Positions 47,083 through 57,497 of a stretch of DNA of 64,000 nucleotides are shown here, in pieces. A program made the translations under genes and the position numbers. Position 1 is the stretch's first letter, and every line of letters begins with the position of its first letter. Below the pieces are notes generated by a model. The model was not told the origin of the DNA. It did not search any database and saw only the letters and a program-made list of their open reading frames with translations. The stretch is from Patescibacteria group bacterium (GTDB lineage Bacteria; Patescibacteriota; Minisyncoccia; Phycocordibacterales; Phycocordibacteraceae): assembly GCA_040384725.1 (NCBI GenBank), contig JAZKIS010000009.1:14075-78074 (forward strand). The letters are read 5' to 3'.

Positions 47083-48768
47083 TCACTCTCCCGCGAATAT
47101 AGGCCAGACCTCTTCGGTATTCCGATACCAGGTGGCTACGGTCGCGAACCGGTCCGACGGCGATGCTATCTGGGGAAGGCGTACCCCGTGGACGCTGTTA
47201 GGGATAGCATACAGGAAGTCCGGTGCATGCGTAAAGGCGGCAGGATAATCGCTCGCGATAAGATTGGAAACCTCCGCAAGGTCTTCGCGTGCCACTTCAG
47301 GATCCTGCTCCTCGCGGATGCGCTCGAGAAGTAGGTCAACCGCACGGTTCGCGTACGCCGCGATGTTAAGTCCTGGGTCGCTGCGCTCTCCTGAGTCCCA
47401 GAAAGCGAAAAGATCGCGGTCGCGGCCGATAACCATGCCGAAGAGGAGCGCCTCGTACGCGCGCGGACGGATCACAGTTGCCGCGAGGTCTCCTGGCTCG
47501 TAGAGCGCAACCTCGGTCGGTACGCCGAGACGCTCCCAATCCGTCTCGATAGACGCCGCGATAGCCTTGAGCTCCGGCACGTTCGAGGTCTTCAGGGTTA
47601 TCTGGGGAAGCGCGAGGTTCTCGTCCTCGTTCTCCCAGCCGCCGGTCTCCTCGTTCCTTGTCCAGCCTTCCTCTGAAAGGAGTTCGGTTGCGAGCGCGAC
47701 ACCGTCCCCTTCAGGGAGCTCATACGCCTCGACGCCGCTGCCGGGCGGCACGGGGCCCGTGAGCGGTGTGGCGTATCCGCCGAGCACATCGTTCACGATC
47801 CGGGTACGGTCAACAGCGAGCGACAATGCTTCGCGCACCTCGAGGCGGGCGAAGACCGGGTTCTCGTCGCTGTTGAAGAACACGCCGAACACGCGTGAGT
47901 ACGGAGACCGAAGCGCGCCCGTAACCGGAATGCCATACGCGCTCTCGATGCTTCGGCGCTCATACGCGTCCGCGAGTTTCGTTACGTCGTCATAGAATTT
48001 CACGTAGATTGCATCAAGGTACGGCCGGCCGGGGGCGTAGTTATCGGACGCCCGCAGCTCATACCCAGTTACGCTGCCGTCCTTGTCACGCGTTACGCGG
48101 GTAACCTTGAAAGGTCCTGCACCGATCGGGTTGGTCATCAAGGGCGAGAACGAGAACTCGTCTACGGGAATGTTGCGCCACTTGTCGGCGGGCAAGATGC
48201 CGAGCGTGGTATCAACCAGGAACGGCGCGTACGGCTTCGGGAGCGTGAACACTACGGTCCTTGCATCGAGCGCCTCCGCACGGATATTGGCCCAGTTCGC
48301 AAGCTCGGGAGACCGGAGTGCGGGGTCTTGCGCCTTCTCGACCGTGAACACGACGTCGTCTGCCGTAACCGGGGTGCCGTCCGAGAACTTCGCATCCTCC
48401 CTGAGCGAGAACGTATACTCCTGTCCGTCCTCAGACACCCGATAGCGCTCGGCGAGTACGGGCACGAGATTGCCCTCGCCGTCGAGGCCCATGAGACCTG
48501 CGTAGGTGAGTGCCGTAAGGTCCCGGTCCGCATCCGTGAGCGCGAGAAGGGGATTCACGAATCTCGGAGACCCAACGATGCCTTCCGCAAGCGTTCCGCC
48601 CTTGGCGGGTACGGTAACAAGAAACGAGCGCTGGAGCGCGATGAGTCCCGCAAGACTGGTTCCTATAACAAGGAGCCCTAAAAGGGTCGCGATGAAGCGA
48701 TCGCCCGGAGAGAGCTTCGTGTAGAAGGGGAGTAAGCGGGTGAGTGGGAGGCCGTAATGACTGTCCAT
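47083..48768 (-). CDS. ABC transporter substrate-binding protein (family 5, peptide/nickel type)
   Basis: N-terminal anchor TM and the SBP_bac_5-like core (..LVPVLAERYRVSEDGQEYTFSLREDAKFSDGTPVTADDVVFT..). Confidence 0.75.
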   Translation of the reverse strand: MDSHYGLPLTRLLPFYTKLSPGDRFIATLLGLLVIGTSLAGLIALQRSFLVTVPAKGGTLAEGIVGSPRFVNPLLALTDADRDLTALTYAGLMGLDGEGNLVPVLAERYRVSEDGQEYTFSLREDAKFSDGTPVTADDVVFTVEKAQDPALRSPELANWANIRAEALDARTVVFTLPKPYAPFLVDTTLGILPADKWRNIPVDEFSFSPLMTNPIGAGPFKVTRVTRDKDGSVTGYELRASDNYAPGRPYLDAIYVKFYDDVTKLADAYERRSIESAYGIPVTGALRSPYSRVFGVFFNSDENPVFARLEVREALSLAVDRTRIVNDVLGGYATPLTGPVPPGSGVEAYELPEGDGVALATELLSEEGWTRNEETGGWENEDENLALPQITLKTSNVPELKAIAASIETDWERLGVPTEVALYEPGDLAATVIRPRAYEALLFGMVIGRDRDLFAFWDSGERSDPGLNIAAYANRAVDLLLERIREEQDPEVAREDLAEVSNLIASDYPAAFTHAPDFLYAIPNSVHGVRLPQIASPSDRFATVATWYRNTEEVWPIFAGE

Positions 48769-48813
48769 ACGTACGTAAATAGGAAAGGCTCAACGAGCCG
48801 TAAACCGGAAGGC

Positions 48814-49044
48814 TTAGAGGAAGAACCCAACGACGGTCGAGAGCACGAAGAGGATCGCGATAACGATCGTCGCATTGAACAGGAACTTCTCAGCGCCGCG
48901 GCGTTTGTAGAAGGTCGATGCGAAATTGTCGCCTCCGAAGGCTCCACCCAAGGATGCCCCCCGGTTCTGGAGGACGATACCTGCGATGAGGAGTAGGGAG
49001 AGGGCTATCTGAATGTAGGGCAATCCTGCCGAAAGAGTCTCCAT
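48814..49044 (-). CDS. secG: Preprotein translocase subunit SecG
   Basis: LLLIAGIVLQNRGASLGGAFGG...matches the SecG signature. 76 aa with 2 TM helices. Confidence 0.8.
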   Translation of the reverse strand: METLSAGLPYIQIALSLLLIAGIVLQNRGASLGGAFGGDNFASTFYKRRGAEKFLFNATIVIAILFVLSTVVGFFL

Positions 49045-49080
49045 CTGTGCCCTGGATTATAGCAAAAAGGGGAGGGAAAT

Positions 49081-49110
49081 GCAAAACCCCCGAGATTGCG
49101 TCTCGGGGGC
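49081..49110 (-). terminator. Terminator downstream of minus-strand membrane-protein gene
   Basis: cccccgaga-ttgcg-tctcggggg. On the minus strand it is followed by UUUUGC. Confidence 0.5.
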
Positions 49111-49130
49111 CTCTGCCTTCGGCGGCCACC

Positions 49131-49427
49131 TTAGCCGCGGTTGATGAGCCTGAAGAGTTCCGTCCGGCCCATGCCGAACGAGATCAGCAATATGACCACA
49201 TAGCACAGGCCACGCAGATCAGTCCCCAGATGACCAACCCCGTTCCATAGGCCGATCAGGCAGATGATCAGGACGCTGATGCTGTACAGGATCCAGGTCC
49301 CGGAGGGCCACGTTTCCTTCGGGGCTTCTAGGGGCAGGTTGGCGAACCTGTGCTGCGCATGCATGAACGCACGCGTGAAGAGAAGGAAAGTGGCGATCGA
49401 GAACAGAATGAAAAAGAATGCGGACAT
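49131..49427 (-). CDS. Hypothetical membrane protein
   Basis: 98 aa, 3 TM. Confidence 0.45.
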   Translation of the reverse strand: MSAFFFILFSIATFLLFTRAFMHAQHRFANLPLEAPKETWPSGTWILYSISVLIICLIGLWNGVGHLGTDLRGLCYVVILLISFGMGRTELFRLINRG

Positions 49428-49544
49428 GGCTTTTCTCCGTGAAGGCCGTCATGAGCGAATACGCTCACTCTGTATATATTATACACTTTGTGTTTTCTTT
49501 GTCAAATAACACACAGGGAAGTCCCAGGCTGTCAGCGCGTACAT

Positions 49545-49572
49545 TTGACGCTCTTGGACTCCGCTCTATACT
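49545..49572 (+). promoter_or_regulatory. Sigma70-like promoter (TTGACG-16-TATACT) upstream of groES
   Basis: Sequence match only. No CIRCE inverted repeat was found. Confidence 0.3.
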
Positions 49573-49651
49573 GTGGATAACTTCTAGGCAGGGAATTCGT
49601 GTCTAGAAAACGGGCAACCTTTAGCAACCGCACTAAGCGAACTATTTTCCT

Positions 49652-49960
49652 ATGGCTACTTCAGAGAAGAAACTTTCTATCCAGCCGCTTAACGATCGCA
49701 TCGTGGTGAAGCCGCTCGCGAAAGAGGAGAAGACCGCGATGGGCATCATCATCCCGGACTCGGCGAAACAAGAAGCGCCGAGCAAGGGCACCGTGGTCGC
49801 GATCGGTCTCGGCCGGTACGAGGACGGCGACCTCATCCCTATGACGGTCAAGGTCGGCGATCAGGTGCTCTTCTCCAAGTACGGATTCGACGAAGTGAAA
49901 GTCGATGGCGAGGACTACTACATCCTCTCCGAGTCAGGCGTACTCGCCATACTCAAATAG
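49652..49960 (+). CDS. groES: Co-chaperonin GroES
   Basis: IQPLNDRIVVKP...GIIIPDSAKQ... Confidence 0.95.
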   Translation: MATSEKKLSIQPLNDRIVVKPLAKEEKTAMGIIIPDSAKQEAPSKGTVVAIGLGRYEDGDLIPMTVKVGDQVLFSKYGFDEVKVDGEDYYILSESGVLAILK

Positions 49961-51628
<1,668 letters not shown>

Positions 51629-51647
51629 TCAAGAAGGAAAAATGAAT

Positions 51648-51683
51648 AACGCCGCGGTCCCGGAGGGGACTGCGGCGTTTTCG
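51648..51683. terminator. groEL terminator (bidirectional)
   Basis: aacgccgcggtcc-cggaggg-gactgcggcgtt followed by tttt. Confidence 0.65.
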
Positions 51684-51695
51684 TCATAGCAGGAT

Positions 51696-51929
51696 TTACT
51701 CGCTCGAGTGATAGCTGTTCGAACCGAAGATCAGTCCGCGGTAGAAATCAGCCAGATCAGCGATGCCGGCGATCACGCGCCAGAGCCAGGGGCTCAGAGC
51801 GGCGATGATGGCCAGAATGATGACGATCAGAGCGATCGAGCTCGGCGGCAAGGGGAATTCCCACGCCGGTGCGAGCTGACTCCAGAAGGCTTCTGCCTCC
51901 TGTCGCATGCGACTAACAGGATTGTTCAT
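51696..51929 (-). CDS. Possible small membrane protein
   Basis: 77-aa ORF with one TM, lying between terminators. Weak. Confidence 0.25.
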   Translation of the reverse strand: MNNPVSRMRQEAEAFWSQLAPAWEFPLPPSSIALIVIILAIIAALSPWLWRVIAGIADLADFYRGLIFGSNSYHSSE

Positions 51930-52055
51930 GGTTGTACGCCTCCCTTTCCGTCTCTGACCATACTCCCAACACGCTCTCGAGGCAATGAAGGGGAGGTGAA
52001 TTACGGGAAAAGCGCTTCCTTGCGTTTGGGTGTGGAGAACCTACAATATACGTAT

Positions 52056-52616
52056 ATGACCACCCTCTATATCGTGCTCGGCGTACTCGCCCTACTCGTG
52101 CTCTGGGTTGTGCTCAGTTACAACGGCTTCGTCTCGCTCCGCAACCGCGCGAAGGAAGCATGGTCCGATATCGAAGTGCAGATGAAGAGGCGCTATGACC
52201 TCATCCCGAACCTCATCGAGACGGTTAAGGGATACGCGGCACACGAGAGCAAGACGCTCCAGAGCGTTACCGAGGCGCGTACTGCCGCTATGGGTGCGCA
52301 GACGGTTGAGCAGCATGCGGCAGCCGAGAACATGCTCACGGGCGCGCTCAAGTCTCTCTTTGCGGTTTCAGAAAGCTACCCGGACCTCAAGGCGAACACG
52401 AACTTCCTCGAGCTCCAGCGCGAACTCTCTGACACGGAGAACAAGATCATGGCATCCCGCCGGTTCTACAACTCGACCGTCCAGAGCCTGAACACCGCCG
52501 TAGAGCAGTTCCCAGGAAATCTCATCGCGTCGCCCTTCGGCTTCAAGCAGATGGATCTGTTCGAGCTCACCGAAGCGGAGTCTGCAGCGCGCGAACCCGT
52601 CAAGGTCTCCTTCTAA
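52056..52616 (+). CDS. LemA family protein
   Basis: N-terminal TM then ..YNGFVSLRNRAKEAWSDIEVQMKRRYDLIPNLIETVKGYAAHE.. canonical LemA. Start moved to MTTLYIV; the upstream part of the ORF is not LemA-like. Confidence 0.85.
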   Translation: MTTLYIVLGVLALLVLWVVLSYNGFVSLRNRAKEAWSDIEVQMKRRYDLIPNLIETVKGYAAHESKTLQSVTEARTAAMGAQTVEQHAAAENMLTGALKSLFAVSESYPDLKANTNFLELQRELSDTENKIMASRRFYNSTVQSLNTAVEQFPGNLIASPFGFKQMDLFELTEAESAAREPVKVSF

Positions 52617-52620
52617 GCGT

Positions 52621-53124
52621 ATGGAGACGCCAACCCCGGTCCATAACGAGCTCCACCGCATCGCGACAACCGGCATCATCTGGCGCAAGGACGCGGATGC
52701 TCGCAGGTATCTCATAACGAAGCGCGCGCCGCACAAGAAGGTGTGGCCGGGCAAGTGGACGGTACCGGGCGGCGGCCTCGAGGTTACCGATTACATCAAC
52801 GCGGACGCGACGTATCAGAACTCGGAGAGTCCGCAGTGGTACAGCGTACTCGAGCTGGCGCTCGCGCGCGAGATCAAGGAGGAGGTCGGGGTTGAGGTGG
52901 GTCCCGGCACCCTGCTCCAGGACGTGGCGTTCATCCGTCCGGACGGCATCGCGGTTATCGTCTTTAGCTTCTTCTGCGAGTACAAGGGCGGGGAGGTCGC
53001 GCTCGACGAGGACGCAACCGAGCATGCATGGGTAACGGCAGAGGAAGCGCAGGGATACGACTTCATCCAAGGCATCGAGAAGGAAATAATGGCCACCGAA
53101 GAACGTCTAACCAAGGAAGTCTAA
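52621..53124 (+). CDS. NUDIX hydrolase
   Basis: Nudix box GGGLEV...LALAREIKEEVGVEV. Confidence 0.8.
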   Translation: METPTPVHNELHRIATTGIIWRKDADARRYLITKRAPHKKVWPGKWTVPGGGLEVTDYINADATYQNSESPQWYSVLELALAREIKEEVGVEVGPGTLLQDVAFIRPDGIAVIVFSFFCEYKGGEVALDEDATEHAWVTAEEAQGYDFIQGIEKEIMATEERLTKEV

Positions 53125-54023
53125 TGGCAAATCTCTACCAACAGCGATCAAGCAATGTCGTGAAGACCTGGGCCCTCATGGCTGGGTTCTTCCTGATCGT
53201 CATGGCGATCGGATGGGCGGTCTCCTGGTACTACGGCTCCCCTACTATCCTCTATGGCGCGGTTATCTTCGCGCTCCTTATGAACGTGGGGAGCTACTGG
53301 TTCTCTGACAAGATCGCCCTTTCTATGAACGGCGCGAAGCCGGCTTCGAGAGAAGAGTACTTCGACCTCTATACCGTAACGGAGAACCTTGCCATAACCG
53401 CAGGGCTCCCGATGCCGAAGCTCTATGTGATCGAGGATCCGGCACCGAACGCGTTCGCGACCGGACGCGATGAGAAGCATGCTGTGGTTGCGGCAACGAC
53501 CGGGCTTCTTCAGATCCTCGACCGCACCGAGCTCGAGGGCGTTATCGCGCACGAGCTCTCGCACATCAAGAACAAGGACATGCTCGTCATGACGGTTGCC
53601 GTGGTGCTCGCGGGATTCGTCGCGATCGTCGCGGACATCTTCCTCAGGATGTCCCTGTTCGGCGGCGGTTCGCGCGATAACGACAGCAAGGCCGGGCTCA
53701 TCTTCGCGGTGCTCGCGATCGTCGCCGTGATCCTCGCACCTATCGCGGCACAGCTCATCCAGCTCGCGATCTCGCGAAGGCGTGAGTTCCTCGCGGACTC
53801 CTCCGGCGCGCTCCTTACGCGCTACCCGGAAGGTCTCGCATCGGCGCTCCGTAAGATCGCAGGGGATGGGCGTCCTATGAAGCATGCGAACCACGCAACC
53901 GCACACCTCTTCATCGGGAACCCGTTCGGAGGGGAAGCCGGGAAATTCGTGAACAAGTTGTTCGCCACCCATCCGCCGGTTGAAGCGAGAGTGCAGGCAC
54001 TCCTCGGATCTGCGGCGAAGTAG
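53124..54023 (+). CDS. htpX: Zinc metalloprotease HtpX homologue (M48)
   Basis: HELSHIKNKD (HExxH) and TM helices. One-nt TAATG overlap with the NUDIX gene. Confidence 0.9.
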   Translation: MANLYQQRSSNVVKTWALMAGFFLIVMAIGWAVSWYYGSPTILYGAVIFALLMNVGSYWFSDKIALSMNGAKPASREEYFDLYTVTENLAITAGLPMPKLYVIEDPAPNAFATGRDEKHAVVAATTGLLQILDRTELEGVIAHELSHIKNKDMLVMTVAVVLAGFVAIVADIFLRMSLFGGGSRDNDSKAGLIFAVLAIVAVILAPIAAQLIQLAISRRREFLADSSGALLTRYPEGLASALRKIAGDGRPMKHANHATAHLFIGNPFGGEAGKFVNKLFATHPPVEARVQALLGSAAK

Positions 54024-54051
54024 GGCAATTCGTGGTATAAAAGCCACGCAC

Positions 54052-54136
54052 GGAGGCGTCGCATAGCGGTCTAGTGCACCATCTTGGAAAGGTGGCGTAC
54101 CGAAAGGTACCGAGAGTTCGAATCTCTCCGCCTCCG
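54052..54136 (+). tRNA. tRNA-Ser (anticodon GGA)
   Basis: Class II tRNA. Acceptor GGAGGCG/CGCCTCC, 3-bp D-stem, anticodon loop TT-GGA-AA, long variable arm CGTACCGAAAGGTACC, T-arm GAGAG-TTCGAAT-CTCTC, discriminator G. Confidence 0.85.
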
Positions 54137-54140
54137 CATC

Positions 54141-54575
54141 ATGAGCATCAGAACAGCCATCGTATCAATCATCCTGGCAATCGGGATACTTGGTCTCGCG
54201 TTCTTCTTATATATGCTGCGTGCTCCTATTTACGAGCCAAAGAGAACCTTCCAGTTCGAGATCGCCGACTCTGATGCAGAGCGTACGCAAGGACTTTCGG
54301 GCATCGCTGAGGTGCCGCCTGGAAGCGGGCTGCTCTTTATATTCGATCGTCCCGAGCGCTACGGATTCTGGATGAAGGATATGCTCATCGCAATCGACAT
54401 CATCTGGCTCGCAGACGACGGGACTGTACTTGAGATAGAAGAAGGAGTCTCGCCTGATACCTACCCGACGCCGTTCTATCCGCCGCAGCCAGTTCGGTAT
54501 GTGCTTGAGACCCGGGTTGGGGAAGCGAAGGCCCAGGGATGGATGGTAGGGACGCGGATACCGCTCCCGGAATAA
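54141..54575 (+). CDS. DUF192 domain protein
   Basis: N-terminal TM and the DUF192 core (..GLLFIFD....FWMKDMLIAIDIIWL..). Start set downstream of the tRNA. Confidence 0.7.
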   Translation: MSIRTAIVSIILAIGILGLAFFLYMLRAPIYEPKRTFQFEIADSDAERTQGLSGIAEVPPGSGLLFIFDRPERYGFWMKDMLIAIDIIWLADDGTVLEIEEGVSPDTYPTPFYPPQPVRYVLETRVGEAKAQGWMVGTRIPLPE

Positions 54576-54610
54576 ATGAAAGAACCCGCTTTCGCGGGTT
54601 CTTTCATTTA
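54574..54610. terminator. Bidirectional terminator
   Basis: aaatgaaagaacccgc-tttc-gcgggttctttcattt, perfect 16-bp stem. Confidence 0.65.
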
Positions 54611-54940
54611 TCTGGACCGGGTCATAAGCCGAATTCTGTCGTGGACGACCATCTATCTGGGACGTACGTTGCCGTACGCCTCGAGCGGCGCTCCCGTTTG
54701 CACGGGCACGGCCTTGCACAGAGGTAAGGATTTAGCCGTTTCAGTCTGGCATCGCTGCCAGCCCATCCTCAGAGAGGATCCCTAGTCTTTCGACATCGGG
54801 CGTTTCTGTTCGCACCTCGCGCATCACTGCGGACGGGCGTTACCCGCTACCGTGCTGCTCCGGAGAGCCTGTGTTCGGACTTTCCTCCCTGCACCCGAAG
54901 GGCAGAGCGGTCGTCAGGCCTGGTCCGTGAATATAATACA
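54610..54940 (-). ncRNA. rnpB: RNase P RNA (bacterial type A, compact)
   Basis: The minus strand contains GGGAGGAAAGUCCGAAC (P4 5' strand/CR-I), GGGUAACGCCCG, AACAGAAACGCC, GCAAGGCC, and AGAUAGAUGGUCGUCCACGACAGAAUUCGGCUUAUGACC (CR-V/P4 3' strand). Boundaries are approximate. Confidence 0.8.
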
Positions 54941-55055
54941 ACGAACCACGGGAACTGCAATAGTTCCTTCGCTCTAGTCCACAGGGTAGGTAAAAGGTTG
55001 CAGCGAAGGCGAGCTATACTAACAGTTATTAGAAGGGCCGTTTTTATCTATACCT

Positions 55056-57482
55056 ATGCAAGAGAATCACTCGGGGTCTAAGCCAGTACGCGCAAAGCGT
55101 CTGTCGTTCGATGTCGCCGCAAACTGGGCGGTTGTGTTTACGTTCGCAGCCGCGATCGTTGCGTTCATTCCGTCCGCAACCATTCCGTTTATGTACACGA
55201 AGGTTACGGTGCTCGCGCTCGGCGCGCTCGTGACACTCATCCTGTTCATCCTCGCGCGTCTTACGCGTGGGAACGCCATTATCCCGCCACTCCCGCTTCT
55301 CGGTGCTCTCTGGATCGTTCCTGCGGCGTACCTCCTCTCGTCCCTATTCTCCGGCGCCGGCATACTGCCGTCATTTTTTGGCACGGAGCTTGAGACCGAT
55401 ACGTTCGGATTCATCTTGCTGCTCGCGGTATTCGCGACGCTCACGGCGGTTGCCTTCCGACGAGCGACGAGCTACCGCATGTTCTTCGCTGCGGGCGGTA
55501 TTGTCACTGCAGCCGTTCTCGCGATCCAGGTTCTCGTGGTGATCGTCTCGCGTATCGCTCCGACGTTCATCGCTCCGACGACGAACCTCGTCGGCTCGTT
55601 CCTCGATCTCGGCATGTTCCTCGGTCTCGGCGTTGCGATCGGCCTTCTCGCACTCCGTCTCCTCATGCTCTCTTCGAGGGTCCGCACCATGGTGCTCGTT
55701 GGCGGCGGCGTCGCTCTCTTCATGCTCGCCCTCGTGAATTCGGTGCTTATATGGACGCTAGTAGCCCTTGTCGCGCTCGCACTCTTCATCGAGGCGATCA
55801 TGCGCAACCGCGCATCGGGCGACCAGGCAGATCTTGACGGCGTCGCACTTCTTCTGGCGGAGGATGCTGACGAGCCTACACAGTCTTCTCGTTCTCTCGC
55901 TGCGCCCCTCGCGACGCTCGCGATCGCACTCTTCTTCCTCATCGGCGGCAGCACCATCGGCAGCGCCCTTGCCACCGGCCTTGGCGTCGATGTTATCGAC
56001 GTTCGTCCATCGTGGCAGTCCACCTTCGACGTTGGCAGCCACACCTACGCGTCGTCCCCGCTCTTCGGCTCAGGTCCTGGAACCTTCGGTACTCAGTGGG
56101 TGCAGTTCCGCGACCGTAGCCTGAACGACACGCTCTTCTGGAACGTCGACTTCGTGTCCGGTATCGGCAGCATCCCTACCTCGTTCGTAACGACCGGTCT
56201 CGTCGGCGCGCTCGCATGGATCGCGTTCATCGGGCTCTTCCTGTTCTTCGGCGTCCGCGCGCTCTTGCTGCGCTTGCCAGAGGATCCGTTCGTTCGGTTC
56301 GTTTCGGCAGCATCCTTCACCGGTGCGCTCTACGTTCTCTTGCTCGCGGTCTTCACCGTGCCTGGCCCGATCGTCCTTCTCGCCGGCTTCCTCATGATCG
56401 GCGTATTCATCTCGAGCCTTCGCTACGGCACGAACGCTCGCGAAGTCGGTATCATCTTCGCGCGTAGCCCGAAGGTCGGCTTCGTCATCGTGTTCGTCCT
56501 CACGCTCCTCTTGCTCGCGTCGATCCTCGCCGCGTACGTGGTTATCGAGCGTTACCTCGCAGGCGTCGCGTACGCAGAGTCCGCGACAGCGCTCTCCGCA
56601 GGCGACCTCGAGAAGGCAGCAGAAGCAGCAAACCGCTCGATCCTCTTCTCGCCGAGCGACCGCGCGTACCAGCTCATTTCGGGCATCGGTATCGCACGCA
56701 TGAACCAGATTGCATCGAATACCGACCTTCCTCAGGCTGACGCACAGTCCCAGTTCCAGGCTGCGCTCTCGGGCTCCATCGAGGCAGCGCTCGCCGCAAC
56801 CCAGCTCGGTCCGAACAACTACCAGAACTGGGCAATGCTCGGAAACGTGTACCAGACCGTCGTGCCGCTTAACATCGAAGGCGCGTACGAGAATGCGAAG
56901 ACTGCGTACGACCAGGCAGCGGCGCTCAATCCAACGAGCCCGACGCTTCCGTACGTCATCGCGCAGCTCGAGATCGCCCATAAGGACCCGGCAGCCGCTA
57001 GCGCAGCCTTGATGGAAGCTATAACCCTGAAGCGTGACTACACCCAGGCTATCTTCCTCCTCTCCCAGCTCGAAGTGCAGCAGGGCAGGGCACGCGAAGC
57101 GCTCGAGGCGGCAGAAGCCGCAGCGTACTTCGCGCCGAACGATCCGACGATATTGTTCCAGGTTGGTATCCTCCGTTCCGCGAACGGAAACAATCCTGGC
57201 GCGATTCAGGCGCTCGCTCGCTCGGTTGAGATCAATCCTCAGTACGCGAACGCACGCTTCTTCCTCGGTGTCATGTACGCGATCAGCGGACAGTTCCCTG
57301 ATGCGGCACGTGAGCTCGAGCAGGTCGCGGCGCTCTCCCCAGAGAACGCTGCCGCCGTCGCTGCCGATCTGGCCGCGGTTCGCGCAGGACGCAATCCATT
57401 CCCGCCAACACGCCTCGGCGCGCTTGGTATCCCTCAAGGAGCTCTCGGCGAAGGCAGCGCAACGACCGCACCCGCTCGCTAG
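55056..57482 (+). CDS. O-antigen ligase-like (Wzy_C) polytopic membrane protein with C-terminal TPR repeats
   Basis: About 12 TM helices in the N-terminal 480 aa. C-terminal TPR-like repeats (..YQNWAMLGNVYQ.., ..ANARFFLGVMYAISGQFPDA..). Confidence 0.6.
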   Translation: MQENHSGSKPVRAKRLSFDVAANWAVVFTFAAAIVAFIPSATIPFMYTKVTVLALGALVTLILFILARLTRGNAIIPPLPLLGALWIVPAAYLLSSLFSGAGILPSFFGTELETDTFGFILLLAVFATLTAVAFRRATSYRMFFAAGGIVTAAVLAIQVLVVIVSRIAPTFIAPTTNLVGSFLDLGMFLGLGVAIGLLALRLLMLSSRVRTMVLVGGGVALFMLALVNSVLIWTLVALVALALFIEAIMRNRASGDQADLDGVALLLAEDADEPTQSSRSLAAPLATLAIALFFLIGGSTIGSALATGLGVDVIDVRPSWQSTFDVGSHTYASSPLFGSGPGTFGTQWVQFRDRSLNDTLFWNVDFVSGIGSIPTSFVTTGLVGALAWIAFIGLFLFFGVRALLLRLPEDPFVRFVSAASFTGALYVLLLAVFTVPGPIVLLAGFLMIGVFISSLRYGTNAREVGIIFARSPKVGFVIVFVLTLLLLASILAAYVVIERYLAGVAYAESATALSAGDLEKAAEAANRSILFSPSDRAYQLISGIGIARMNQIASNTDLPQADAQSQFQAALSGSIEAALAATQLGPNNYQNWAMLGNVYQTVVPLNIEGAYENAKTAYDQAAALNPTSPTLPYVIAQLEIAHKDPAAASAALMEAITLKRDYTQAIFLLSQLEVQQGRAREALEAAEAAAYFAPNDPTILFQVGILRSANGNNPGAIQALARSVEINPQYANARFFLGVMYAISGQFPDAARELEQVAALSPENAAAVAADLAAVRAGRNPFPPTRLGALGIPQGALGEGSATTAPAR

Positions 57483-57497
57483 TTCTCCTAAGGGCGC

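Noticed and set aside
49428-49651. Search for a CIRCE element (TTAGCACTC-N9-GAGTGCTAA) upstream of groES.
   Set aside because: Only TTAGCAACCGCACTAAGC is present, which is a direct repeat of TAGC and not an inverted one. No convincing CIRCE/HAIR operator was found.
54084-54140. Upstream part of ORF 54084..54575.
   Set aside because: It overlaps tRNA-Ser. The DUF192 protein most plausibly starts at the internal Met (54141).
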